A stretch of 64,000 nt of DNA, taken from the NCBI GenBank assembly GCA_030265395.1, contig JARFYF010000074.1, positions 99,595,235 to 99,659,234 of the forward strand. Reading direction: 5' to 3'. The notes beneath the pieces were generated by a model. That model made no database searches, was not told the origin of the DNA, and saw only the letters and a list, made by a program, of their open reading frames with translations. Source of the stretch: Rhina ancylostomus (taxonomy: Eukaryota). Made by a program: the position numbers and the translations under genes. Below are positions 51,244 to 64,000 of the stretch, piece after piece (within the stretch, counting starts at the first letter, position 1; every line of letters starts with the position of its first letter).

Positions 51244-52299
51244 NNNNNNNNNNNNNNNNNNNNNNNNNNNNNNNNNNNNNNNNNNNNNNNNNNNNNNNNN
51301 NNNNNNNNNNNNNNNNNNNNNNNNNNNNNNNNNNNNNNNNNNNCCTGACCTGCTGAGTTCCTCCAGCATTTTGTGTGTGTTGCTCCAGATTCCAGCATCT
51401 GCAGAATCTCTTGCATCTCTAACTTGGTCTTGTAAGTAGTATTTATGCAGCTGGTCCAACTAAGATCCTGACATTACCAACAATCCTCATTCTGGTTGGT
51501 GGTGGGGGATTTGGTACTAGCAATATTACCGAATGTCAGAGGTAGTGGCTAGACTTTCTTTAGTGGGTGATGGCCATTGTCTAGCACATCTGTGGCTTGA
51601 ATGTTACTGCCATTTATAAGCCCATGAAATGAATGTTCTGTATGTCTTGATGTATGCAGGCATGGGTTGCTTTGGTTGCTGTGGAGTTGCAAACGGAATT
51701 GAATGCTGTGAAAACGTCCCTGACCTTCCCCATTTCTGACATAATGATGGAAGGAAGTTCATTGATGAAGCAACTGAAAAATGGTTGGATCCAGGACATT
51801 GCTCTGAGGAGTACCTTAAATACTTATCCAACAATAACATATACAAACATCTTTAATTTTCAAGTATATCTCAGCACTTCACAGCAGAATTAACAAAAAA
51901 AAAGGGAGATGATCAAAGGCTAGGTCAAGGAGATAGATTTTAAGCAGCATCATAGATGAGAGATAGAAAACTTTAGAGGAGGAATGTTAAAACCTTGTCA
52001 AATGAAGTCCAGGTCACCAATAGTGAATCAGTTAAATTCAGGGATGATCAAGAAGTCATAATCAAATGAGTGCTGAGAGCTTTGGGAGCAATTACAGAGA
52101 AGGAATGGCAAGACCAGGAAGGAATTTGAAAACAAGGATGAGAGTCAACCTCAAAGGCTTCACAGAGGCCTCCAGAATGGTGACCCAAAACTCAAGGTAC
52201 CTCATTTTAGGATGAACACGTTTGGCCATTACACAGTAATAATGTCTCCACAACATATCTGCGATTTTAGGTGGGTCTCAGCTCTACCCATTTTTAAAA

Positions 52300-52690
52300 C
52301 AAAGAAAAATGGGAACTACAGACCCCACAATTCCTTCTAGTCCCAACATTTTTTTCAAAATTTCAAATTTATATTTTAAAAATTATTAGTAGAAAACCCT
52401 GCCCTTTTATTTTGCATAGTTTAGTTCAAGTAACAACGTTCAACCCCAAGAAGAAATCTTAACGCTCAGTCAATTTTCCGGTGCTTACCCAGCACAGGCA
52501 GACTTCCCCGTTTCCGGATTCAAGTATTTATGATTGGCTGCGGCACAAGTCTCAGGAACTTCACCGCCCTCTCCAGCAATGCACGGCAGCGCCATTTGTG
52601 CATGTTAAAGACGTGCTTTTATTCGCGCTGGTTCCTGTCGCAGCACGTGTTTGTATCTGTGTTTCAAAGATCTGTGGGTGAGGTTGCAAA
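52300..52690. promoter_or_regulatory. GART promoter and non-coding exon 1, probably bidirectional
   Basis: Local CpG enrichment; ZNF143-like ACTACAGACCCCACAATTC (52315-52333); ETS-like TTCCGG (52476, 52512); ATTGG (52533); YY1-like CGCCATTTG (52590); E-box CACGTG (52644). Plus-strand donor TGG|GTGAGG after 52677 and minus-strand donor TGG|GTAAGC after 52489. Confidence 0.7.
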
Positions 52691-53204
52691 CTTCTACCAT
52701 TACTTTTGATTATTTTAATGCACTTCTCTCCTCTTTCATCAAATTGAATTGTAAACAGTGATATAACCTGTAAGAGAACTGCATATGCTGCATTCAGAGA
52801 ATAGATAATAGTTATCACTTAACATTTTCATAGTCATTTATCGGTCGCTCCGGCTTGATCATCATCTGGTAGTGAAAGCAATGGGAAAGTTGGAACGTGG
52901 ATTCAACTAAGTTGTTATCAGATATGAGTTGCAATTATTAAGGAGTTCGTGATGACTTAATATGTTTTTAACTAAAGCTGACATGGTTAAGAGCTAACTT
53001 GATTGTGAAATCTGATTCTATTTAATATTTTGTTAGGGGTCAAAGTGCTTCTGCTTATTAATGATGCGAATAAAAGTGCTCAAGGTGGTCGCAAAACAAA
53101 TTCAGCGGTTAAGCCTACCACAGGCTGAAATAAAAGAGTATACGGGTTGTTTTTTTGAAAAAAGAATCAATAGCTTATTTCACTGGGGCAACAAGTAATT
53201 GAAA

Positions 53205-53395
53205 ATGGAAAAAAATGCGGATTCTGAAAATCTGGAATAAAACAAGAAAATGTTAGAAACATTCGCAGGTCAGCAGTATCTGTAGGCAGAAACGGGGTTA
53301 ATGCTTCTGATCGGACGAAGGGTCTTCCACTTGTAATGTTAACTCTTTCCACAGTTACTACTTGGCCTGTTGTGTTTCTAGCATTTTTTATTTTT
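53205..53395. mobile_element. Fold-back pLTR-derived element in GART intron 1 (diverged)
   Basis: gcaggtcagcagtatctgtagg...ggacgaagggtcttccacttgtaatgttaactc...ggcctgttgtgtttctagcattt. Confidence 0.6.
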
Positions 53396-53829
53396 ATTTA
53401 AACCAGGGCTATTGTGTAGCCCTGAGCAAGACCAGGGGCAGAGTGTATCTCTCATGGCTTTTTTAAATTTGGTATTAATAAAACTTAATGATTCTGCTTG
53501 CCTTGATGAAGCAAAATTCAATTTGCAAAAATCCCTGACTTCATTTTCCTAACCCTTGCTGAACGATACTTGCAGCAATTACTGTTTCCCTTAGAAGATA
53601 TTATTTATTTATGCTGATATGATAAAAATGTATTCAATTTATGTTAACCAAAACACCACAATGTTTTTTTTCTCATTAGGAATTAGGATAGTCAAAGTAA
53701 TTTTTAAACATAACTTTATTCTTAATGAAATCAAGTACTTTTGGCATTTTTATTTATGAATATTTATGCAAAAGGCCCCAATTCACATTTTGCATATGCT
53801 CATGAAATATAGTGAATATAAATTGCATA

Positions 53830-54150
53830 TGATAAGAGCGCTGTCCTTCCATTACCTCCCACTCCTCGCTCTAAGTACATCCAGCCATTCCGTTGCTCCA
53901 GTTTCAGCTCTCGTACATCCCTGATTTCCCTCATCCCTATGCTGGTGGCTGTGCCTAACTGCCTAGGCCCCAAGTTATGGAATTCCCTCCTTAAACATTG
54001 CCTTTTGCCTGTTTAAAATCAATCTTCCTAATCAAGCCTTGGGCCATTAGTCCAATATCCGGTTGTGTGGACTGGTCGTGTACTGACATTCCGGTAAAAT
54101 GAATTTGAATATTTTGCTACACTACAAGATGTTATTATAAATGTAAGTAA
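53830..54150 (+). mobile_element. L2-type LINE 3' remnant
   Basis: ggtggctgtgcctaactgcctaggccccaagttatggaattccctcc and a ttattataaatgtaag tail. A similar piece lies at about 38100-38460. Confidence 0.5.
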
Positions 54151-57100
54151 TTTGATGTTTTATACCCTAAAATCTTATAAATAATGTATTTTCATAAATA
54201 ATCTTTGCCTAGCAGATTGCAAGAACTAAAATAAGTAATTCAGAAAATACACATGGCAATTAAAACTCATATCCACATATGAAATTTTTGGTAGGGAGCT
54301 TGATTGATTGAAGGACTCATTGTGTAAGGAATACAATAATGATACAGTACTGTTGACTAGAATTCTGAACAATTTGGTCTATTTTCAGATCTTATCCTGG
54401 TTTGACGTGAAGTTCCATTCTTTGTTAAAGGCTGGTCAGGTAATAGACTGCAAATTTGGCACAGGCTTCAAGGCAGTGATGACAGTAATGTGATCTTACA
54501 AGGCCACCAGATGTACTGGTCTGAGAGAGAGCCAACAGCTTTGTGGAGCAAGAATCTACTGCTTCTGGCACTCTGACAGTACCCTTGCATTTACAACCAG
54601 TAGGCAGGAAGAGCTAAACATGTAGAAATGGAGCATTCCCTCCCTCTAGGCCCTTATCTAGCTACAGACAAACATTGTGACTGTCTGTTGTCTGCCCAAC
54701 TGCAGAGATCAGCCTTTTGCAAGTTGGCCAAACAAGCTAACTTGAAAGTAATCACTAAAGATTCATTGTGAATCTATTTACTGTAAAATGCTTAAGTTTG
54801 TCTTGCCTTAAATTTTACTTCATTCACGGAAAACAGGTGATACTGGCATTTATTGTCCATCTCCAAATGCCTCTAAACTAAGGAGGTAGTTAAAAGTAAA
54901 CCACAATGGAGGAGCTTAAGACATGTTTAGGCCAGATGAATAAGGACAACAGATTTCATTCTCTGAAGGATGTTAGGGAATCAGATGGATTTTTTTATAT
55001 ATGACAATCCTGCTTATTATTACTGAGATGAGCTTTAGTTCCAGATTAATTTAATAACTTGAATTTGCATTCCCCACATGCCACAGCGTGACTCAAACTC
55101 CTAACTCTGGATCAATTGCTTAGAAACTCCTGGCTCCTGGTTTAACAATTTAACCAGTACACCATTGAACCTACTGATGTATAAAGATTGGTTCTGATAT
55201 TTTGACTTGCGATTTTAATTGATTATGGTTGTGGGTTCTAGGATGTGGTCACAATGTGGGAACAAAATGGAAAATGGCTCATTGTGAGGGACATCTCTTT
55301 CCTTCCTTCACTGGTTATGCTTAACATTGGCCATGTCAGCGAGGTGAGGTAATGACTTGATCAACATGAGATTGCTATAGGCGAGTTCACGTCAGCGTAG
55401 GAAGGCAGATTTACCAGAGAAAGGATATCACTGCACGACTTGAGACCAGCTTGTGGTATCTCATGCACTCAGTTGACAGATGTTCCTGGTGGATGTCTTT
55501 TCGTAGTGGAAATAGTAGTTGGCTATCAAAAGGCTTTGACTTCCTAGTACATTTGGACACTAATTGTGGATATGGGATAAATGCCATATCTACTAATTGT
55601 AGATATGGGACTGCAGTGACACAGCAGGTAGTCCCATTCAGCAGCTGGGGAATATGCTTTCATCTTCTTCAATGAGATTGTGTAGTGTTGTTTCTTGAGC
55701 AGCACTCAGACAATCCAGTGTATTGATGTGAATTTTCTTTCTGGTGAGAGCAGAATTCATAGGGACCACTGCTTTCCTATCATTGTTTTTTTTCTAATGG
55801 GAGCTGCCTTCATGGAGACTCATGCAGAACTTCAGTCTGTGCCCTTGTCTGTTTTCAAGGCTTGTGTTGCATTGCTAACGTGTGCCTCCGTGGGGATTGA
55901 GAAGTTTAGAAAGTGATACCATCACCACTGGATTGGCAATGTTTCCATTTGCACCTGCTGAAAATAGAATAGTTGACTAGAGCTCCATCACCACACTGAT
56001 CTCTGCCAGCAATGACTTGAACAACCTTGGCTTCTGGTGGCCTTGCTCCACAGGGCCGGAGATAGCAGCATAGACCCTTGGGATATGGTCTCCAGAGATT
56101 ACACTTCTCCTCCTCTTCTCCCTCCTTCCACCACCACTACAACCCTCCTATGTCTAGGACGTCTTTAGACACTGTGCTCTAGCTCCCACTTGTGAGGCAC
56201 ACCTAGTAGACCCAACACCAAAGCATTCATGGAAAAGAGGTAGTACTGGAAATAAGTGTTCTATGCTTGCCAGCAGTTGAAATATCATTTTGTATTCCCT
56301 ACTTGTCCCTATAAACCTCCATGACGTCAAGCAACTGATTTTGTCCCTCTCCCCACTAAAAAAGTAAAAGTGGTTGGATTATATATCAAATAGCAAAGGT
56401 GCGATGCATGAGGTAAAAGGCCATTCCCTCTGGCCCGTACTTTTCTTAATTTGACGCATGTGAAATTATTTTGAAGTTGAGGTTTTTTAAAAAAAGTGTA
56501 TTTCTTAGTTAGTGACTCCATGTGCACTCTTTCTGCTGGGTTAGGATTGCCAACAAGAAGTGGGAATGCTAGAAGCAAGGAAAATGCTCAGGGAATGTCA
56601 AGATACAGTTATGGAGGATCTTCCGACTGCAAGGATTAAGGCAGCTTGTATGGTTTTCTCATCCTCAGTTGTCTTGTGATCTATATATTTGTAATTTTTT
56701 AAAAATTCTTGTGCCATATATAGAATGTGAGGCTGAGTCTATTTTGTTAATGTGAGCCAATTAATCCAAGTGATTGGAAAACACGAGTATATCATGAGGT
56801 CAGTCTACATGCAGTCCTCGTGGAATATATTACATGTGAGTCCTCTATTAGCCATGACTTTTTTCTTAAGCTTGCTCGCAGTACTGCTATAGTCTGACGC
56901 TGGGAATAGCTTTCTAAGCGGTAGTGTAAATTTGAAGTATACTTTTGAAGTTTGATTGAAATGGTTTACTTTCAAAGTTTTGACAGATCTTGAGAACATC
57001 ATTCCTTTTTAACTGCTTCATCTCAATGGCTACTTTAAAAGATCAGGTTTGCTAGCGAACATTAGTGAGATCCATTTTTAATTAATGTGCCCCTTTTGCT

Positions 57101-57504
57101 GTTATATTGAGACCCAATGTCTTGATTTCATGGGCTGCTGTATTGAATTGTGACCACGTTTTATCAAGTTTGTTTTTTTCAGAGCAGGGATGAGACTAAG
57201 ATCTTAACGTGTTATCCATTTGGCTGCAGATTAATGAAATTAGTTATAATAGAATTTAAAAGGCCCAAGTCATGAAGAAAATGTGATGCTTGTTTCTGTA
57301 ACTTCACCATTCTGTGTTGGAACGCTAACTGATATACCTCTTTCAAACAATAAGTATCTTGGGTGCACAGTGAAAGTTATGTTGCAGATCAGTGACTGGG
57401 AGTGTGCTGTACTATTTCTTGTGAGCTCAAGAGGTGTTAATCTGCTGTAAAGACAGAACTATGTTAACCATTATTATCCTGCCATTAACCCTGTATTCTG
57501 CCTG

Positions 57505-58255
57505 AATTCACTTTGGAAGGTCGAATTTGAAGGCAGAATACAGGGTTAATGGAAGGATTTTTAGTAGTGTAGAGGAACAGAGGGATCTTGGGGTCCAAGT
57601 CCATGGATCCCACAAAGTTGCCGTGCAAGTTGATAGGGTTGTTAAGAAGGCATATGGCATGTTGGCCTTCGTTGGTCAGGGGACTGAGTTCAAGAGCCGC
57701 AAGATAATGTTGCAGCTCTATAAATCCCTGGTTAGACCACACTTAGAATATTGTGTTCAGTTTTGGCCGCCTCACTATAGGAAGGATGTGGAAGTTTTAG
57801 AAAGGATGCAGAGGAGATTTACCAGGATGCTGCCTGGATTGGAGAGCATGTCTTATTGAGTAAGCTAGGGCTTTTCTCTTTGGAGAGGAGCATGAGAGGT
57901 GACCTGATAGAGATGTACAAGATGATAAGAGGCGGATTGAGTGGACAGTCCGAGACTTTTTCCCAGGGTGGAAATGGACAACATGAGGGGCCATAATCTT
58001 AAGGTGATTTGAGGAAGGTATGGGGGGATATCAGAGGTAAGTTTTTAACACAGAAAGTGGTGGGTGTGTGGAACATGCTGCTAGGGATGCTGGTAGAGGC
58101 AGATACATTAGGGACATTTGAGAGACTCTTAAGCACATGGATGTTAGAAAAATGGAGGGGTACGTTGGGGGGAGTGGTTAGATCGATCCTGAGTAGGTTA
58201 AAAGTTCGACACAACATCATGGTCCAATGGGCCTGTACTATGCTGTAATTTTCTA
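57505..58255 (+). mobile_element. CR1 (HER1-like) LINE 3' fragment in GART intron 1
   Basis: QRDLGVQVH, KKAYGMLAF, LYKSLVRPHLEYCVQFW, LERMQRRFTRMLPGL, then a CR1 tail. Confidence 0.92.
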
Positions 58256-58336
58256 TAAACTAGGGCGACGGCAGAGCTGGTGCTGCGGATCAGTGGCTTG
58301 GGAGTATGCTGTGCTATTTCTGGTTAGCTCAAGTAA

Positions 58337-58591
<255 letters not shown>

Positions 58592-59097
58592 TAATAGAAA
58601 TGTAAGCAAGTGATTTTGGAACTATTATCCTGTGCTACTTGTGTATATTAAATTAGTTATTATAATAGTGTTATGAACAAAATATCAAAGTTGGGTGATG
58701 CACAATTAATTCATAATAGCATAGACTTGACTAGCAAAGGGAAAACTTTGGTGTGAAGATTGAAAATTATATTTAGAATTTTCTGAAATTATCGTGCAAA
58801 ATGTATTGTTTTTATAAATCTAATATACATACTGATGAAACTAGTTAATAAGTATTTGATTCCAAACCTGCTTGGTTAACCATTAATTTTGTATGGGGTT
58901 ATGGATGGTGGCAGGGTTGGGTGAGCCAGTATTTGGTGAAGATGTTAACCACCAATCCAGAGCTCTTCACCATGTATGGGTATGTTTAAGATGACTATTT
59001 TCTAGCCAAGGGCATGCTGGAATCTTGGTCTTGAGTGCTAAATCAAAAGTAAACAGTTTAAATACTTAGAGTTATGAAGATCTGTCCTTGGACCCCT

Positions 59098-59152
59098 TGG
59101 AATAATATTGGATAATTTTATTCATGGAATAATATTGGATAATTTTATTCAT
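59098..59152. repeat. Perfect 27-bp tandem duplication
   Basis: tggaataatattggataattttattca x2. Confidence 0.9.
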
Positions 59153-59927
59153 CCAAAGGACAAGTATAAACAATGGAAAATACAAATTAAAATCTGCAGT
59201 GTTGGAAAGGGGAGGATGCTGAATAGCTAGCTTATTTAATGTATTTCATTTTTTATTTCTGGTATTTTTAATTTATCTAACCTATTAATTATGGTTAGGG
59301 AGTACTATCTAATCTATGGATTCGTGTGGCCATTGCAAAACACCGTAAATTCATTGCCTTTGTTCAACAGACCCACTCTCAATCAGTGCATTACTTTTGT
59401 AGGAGTTCTTGGTTATCTGTTGTCTGTAGATAATCTTTCTGATGTTGATGATCAAAGGTCACACAGGAGAGCAAATGACCCATTTATTTAAGTGTGCCAG
59501 CCTCTTGCTTTGAGGCAAAGATCATTTCAGAAATCTCTGGTAATGTTGCAAATTATGCTGAATATGGCTAAAGTGAACTAATGTTGCCATAGTGTCATGA
59601 TATTTTGCTCTTAATGTTAAAATTTAACAAATTGCATTAGATTAAAACTGTTAAATCAAAAATGGTTAGATTTACACAATGATTTTGGAATAATCAGTCA
59701 ATGCTATAAGAAACAAAAATATAAGGTTTGCAGCTGTCCTTGGGACATTTGGTATCAAGATATTACCTTTGATATCAATTTCTTTGAAATTAAAGATTGG
59801 GACTTGTGTGTGAAGTGAATACAGTGTTGTACAGTTTTACTTTGGTAACCTGTAAATTCAAAGGATCGACCTTGTAAAAGGTTACATTTCCATATGCATT
59901 GTGCAAACAGTTTTTTTTTCATTGCAG

Positions 59928-60023
59928 CTGTTTCTGTCAGCAATCATGCCATTCTTGCCCAATACTGCAAAGACCACAACATTGGCCTGGTGGTGGTTGG
60001 TCCAGAGGCTCCCCTTGCTGCAG
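59928..60023 (+). CDS. GART: GART coding exon 2 (96 nt)
   Basis: ttttcattgcag|CT GTT TCT...GCT GCA G|gtaaac; encodes (A)VSVSNHAILAQYCKDHNIGLVVVGPEAPLAA(G), with the VVVGPEAPL motif. Confidence 0.97.
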
Positions 60024-61729
60024 GTAAACACAAGGTTTCTAGAATTGGGCTTCAGGACCGTAGCCATTTGCCTGAAGTCCCTTTATTTTAATGGATCATT
60101 AGCCTAACAGCGCTGTTCACTCTTAGCATAATTTGAGGACTTTGACCTGTTATGAATAAAACTAGTGCAACTTAATAAATGCAATAGTCTAGTTGGAATC
60201 TAGTGGGTGGTTTTTTGTTTGCACATCTAGAAATACCTATTTGTTATTTTCCAGGTAAATCGAGAATATTAATTTTTTCTTAGCCCTCAATACCACCTCT
60301 AGACTTTATTGTTGTAAGTTGCTTTAAAATGATGATATTTGGTTTGTTTGTAGATCCCTTATGTCTATTTCAGTGATGTGCCTCATTCAGTAGCCTTGCA
60401 TCTCCTAAAAGCTACAGTGGGAATTTGAAGGTTGAAATGATGTCTGACTGCCCTACTTTTATACCCTGCTGCTGTGAAGGCACACAATTGATTGTCAGGA
60501 GTGTCACCTTCAGCAAAGCTGGTCATTTGTTCAATATCAGCAAGGGCAATAGGTCATCGTGAGATGGTTTTGTTACCTACTGCCTTCTGCCTTGGGGTTA
60601 ATGTTTTTCCTGATTAGTCTGCTGAATACTTGTAGCTCTATTCTGATTTTAAGTTGAAATTTTAATAGCTTTGTACTGTAAGCATCATGGAATAATAGAA
60701 TATATTCTGCATAATGAAGAATTGCTGCTGATTTCTTATGGAAGTGCCAATTTCCATTTTTGTTTGGCATTGATTTTCTTCCAGCCCTGTTTTTAATGCA
60801 ATCTAAGTTACAAAACAATGAGATTTTTTTAAATCTTCTTTAGAGTTTTACTTTGTTTACATAATCCCATAACCTTTGGTGCTTCTGTAAAAGTGAATAA
60901 ACTAAGGGTGGTTTCAGCCAGGTGAACCAGTTTAAAGGACAGTCACAACAACACCATATGAAGCAGGCTTGAGTTATTAAAAGGCTGCTATATGGTACTG
61001 GACTGGATGAAACTGGTAAAGATTGATCTTGGGACCATGTGAAATTTTTCTCTATAATCTCCCATTTTCCCTCCTGGAATATATTTATTGAAATAAAACA
61101 TAAGCATTAGAGCTTTTGAATGTCTGTGTGCTGCAAGACTAGTGCTGTTTGGTTTATTCTTGGTTTATTCTATGTGAGCTGGTTCCCAAATTTTGCCTTG
61201 TATATGTTTTGGGGGTGGGTGGGGCAATGGGTGGTCTCCATTCTTTTGGAACAGCCTGACCTCTGGGAAGAGTTAACCTTGGCTGGGAAAGGGATAAGGG
61301 TGGGTGAAGGGAAATGCAAATACCAGTGATGTTGGTGGGGAAATGATTCCTCCTGGCCCAAGAGCCTGGCTGCATTGGCACAACATCTTTCTGTAACGTT
61401 GTCCTCACTTTCCTTAGCTGGGAAGCTCACTCAGGGTTAAACTTGGAAGCCAGCTTAACTCTGAGGCACACAAGTTCACTAGTTGGATGCCAGACTCCAT
61501 TCCCAATCACTTCTGCCACACTTCCACTAAAACCAGAAGTGTGTGAATTGGAGGAATGTTGGGATGAGGTTTGAGGTATTAATTTTTTTGTGTGTTGTTA
61601 AAATAAGCCCTTGAGGAAAGTTTAATTTTGATCTCTTTTTGTTGCTGGCATGCAAACGTAAAGATTAAATCTCAGGATAGTGAATGTTCTTTCAAAACAT
61701 CCCTGATGTTTGGTTGGGTGTGTTGTGAA

Positions 61730-62590
61730 AAGTGTAGGTTACAACAGGACATTGATAGGATACAGAGCTGGGCTGAGAAGTGGCAGATGGAGTTCAACCT
61801 GGAAATGTGTGAAGTGATAAACTTGGGAACATTGAATTTGAAGGCAGAATACAAGTTAATGGCAGGACTCTTAGCAGTGTGTAGCAACAGAGGGATCTTG
61901 GGTTTCACATCCATAGATCCCCCCAAGGTTGCCACACAGGTTTATAGGATTGTTAAGAAGGCCTATGGTGGGTTGGCCTTCAATAATCGGGATATTGAGT
62001 TCAAGAGCCGCCAGCTAATGTTGCAGTCTATAAAGCTCTGGTTAGACCACACTTGGAGAATTGTGTTCAGTTCTGGTTGCTTCATTATAGGGAGAATGTG
62101 GAAGCTTTAGAGAGGGTGCAGAGGAGATTGACCAGGATGCTGCCTGGATTGGAGAGCATGTCTTCTGAGGATAGGTTGAGTGAGGTAGGGCTTTTCTCTT
62201 TGGAGCAAAGGAGGATGAGAGGTGACTTGATAGAGGTGTAGAAGATTATAAGAGGCATAGATCGAGTGGACAGTCAGAGACNNNNNNNNNNNNNNNNNNN
62301 NNNNNNNNNNNNNNNNNNNNNNNNNNNNNNNNNNNNNNNNNNNNNNNNNNNNNNNNNNNNNNNNNNNNNNAAGTGGTTTACAGAGTGGTGGGTGCTAGAA
62401 CACACTGTCGGCAGAGGTTGTGGGGGCAGATATATTGGGGACATTTAAGAGACACTTAGATAGTCCTCCATCTTTTTATCATTAATGTGACTATGTAGGA
62501 GGGAAGGGTTAGATAGATCTTAAAGCAGGATAAAATGTTGGCACAACATCGTGAGCTGAAGGCCCTGTACTGTGCTGCAATGTTCTATGT
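61730..62590 (+). mobile_element. CR1 LINE 3' fragment
   Basis: LQQDIDRIQSWAEKWQMEFN, CVQFW, LERVQRRLTRMLPGL, MRGDLIEV. Confidence 0.92.
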
Positions 62591-63401
62591 TTTACTCTGC
62601 CTGCAGTTTTTATGCTGTCATTTTCTGCTGTGTTTTGTGCTCAATGCTTCTGTCTTCCACAGGGAGCAGAACCTGAGATTGCAAATATATATTAACAGAA
62701 TTGGCTCCCAAGTGGCAGGTTTTGCCTTTCTGTTANNNNNNNNNNTTGTGTGGGTTTATCCACTGCTCAACCAGCTGAAATGTTGATCTAAGCTGAGTTG
62801 ACTGACTTGAACTGGTTTAGCAGGCAGACATCTGATCAACCCTTTTGTCCAGGAATCTGAGAATGGTGAATATTAAAGACCCAGGATTGCCAACTAGTAG
62901 TTCAACAATATTTACCAGCTCATAAAGTGCACTTGTGTAGATGGGGCAGGGTAGCATAAGTCTCTGGATTAATATCCAGAGGCCTGGATTGTTGATTTTA
63001 AAGGCATGACTTCCCCAGCCACCATTGTGGACTTGAATTTAAATTCATGTTATTAAATAAGACTGGAATTTAAAAATGTTCTGGCTCAGAAATGTCCTTT
63101 TATAGGGATGAAAATTTAACAAGTTTGTTTAGTCTAACTAAAACATGACTGAATAACAGGAGAATTGGGGAAAGGCATTAAAAGCTGTTTGAGCCATAGA
63201 TCTTGATATGAAGAAGAAAACAAGTATGGATGTTGGGTGACAAGTTGCTCCACCCCCTCCACCCCTACTCCATCACACTCCAGTACATTTGGAGGAGGAG
63301 AACAAAATGATTGAAGAATAATTTTTTTAAAACCCTTTTTGGATATTTTTCAGAATCCATTGCACACAATGTGTTTCTTTCCTGACTCTTATATTCTTCA
63401 G

Positions 63402-63576
63402 GAATCGTTGATGACCTGATGGCTGCTGGAGTGAGATGCTTTGGCCCTTCAGCAAAAGCAACACAACTGGAAGCCAGCAAACATTTTGCAAAAGACTTTT
63501 TGGATCGACATGATATCCCCACTGCCAGATGGAAAGCATTTACAGATGCCGGGGAAGCATGTAGCTTTATCCAACG
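63402..63576 (+). CDS. GART: GART coding exon 3 (175 nt)
   Basis: attcttcag|GA ATC GTT...CAA CG|gtaaga; encodes (G)IVDDLMAAGVRCFGPSAKATQLEASKTFAKDFLDRHDIPTARWKAFTDAGEACSFIQ(R), part of the ATP-grasp region. Confidence 0.97.
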
Positions 63577-63749
63577 GTAAGAGGGGCCTTTATCCAAGTG
63601 GCGGGCACATTAGTAAGATTTTGCTGCAGTGCAGATTTTAATATGGCATGTGACTAAGAGTCTGCCATTCAGTGGATGCCTTATCATTCTATTCATTACT
63701 TTTACTATGATTGTTGCACACTGCTCTCTGCAGATCTATCAGGGCAATC

Positions 63750-64000
63750 AACAAGATGATAAGATGAAATATCTTTATTAGTCACATGTACGTCACTGTG
63801 TGTTTTGATGTACACCTTTTGCGTAGAGTGTTCTAGGGGCAGCCTGCAAGTGTCACCATGCTTCTGGCACCAACATAGCATGCCCACAATTTCCTAACCT
63901 GCACATCTTTGGAATGTGGGAGGAAACCCACGCAGACATGGGGAGAACATACAGACAGCGGCCAGAATTGAACCCAGGTCGCTAGCGCTGTTATAGCATT
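63750..64000 (-). mobile_element. V-SINE, Rex1-type tail, in a GART intron
   Basis: Reverse complement of the 26071-type SINE with an internal deletion. Confidence 0.88.

Noticed and set aside
49444-51439. ORFs of 267, 203 and 204 aa
   Set aside because: Antisense or off-frame readings of the decayed Penelope element and its pyrimidine-rich UTR.

Overview
Vertebrate genomic DNA from a gapped draft assembly. The repeat landscape (HE1/V-SINE-type tRNA SINEs, DeuSINE-like, CR1, Rex1, Penelope) points to a cartilaginous fish, probably a ray or sawfish. The window holds the TMEM50B-DNAJC28-GART block that is syntenic with human chr21q22. It contains three TMEM50B coding exons (minus strand, gene continues off the left edge), the single-coding-exon DNAJC28 (minus, 362 aa) and the 5' part of GART (plus, three coding exons, continues off the right edge). 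Unlike the human arrangement, GART here is head-to-head with DNAJC28. The TMEM50B introns carry a decayed class I (epsilon-like) endogenous retrovirus with an internally inverted protease segment, and a second env remnant. Several short fold-back Penelope-derived insertions carry decayed hammerhead-ribozyme cores. Between DNAJC28 and TMEM50B there are signs of an unrecognised, decaying multi-exon minus-strand gene; one of its candidate exons can be rebuilt by removing a TSD-flanked insertion. Exon coordinates were read by hand. Repeat boundaries are approximate. Comparisons to human are from memory; no searches were run.
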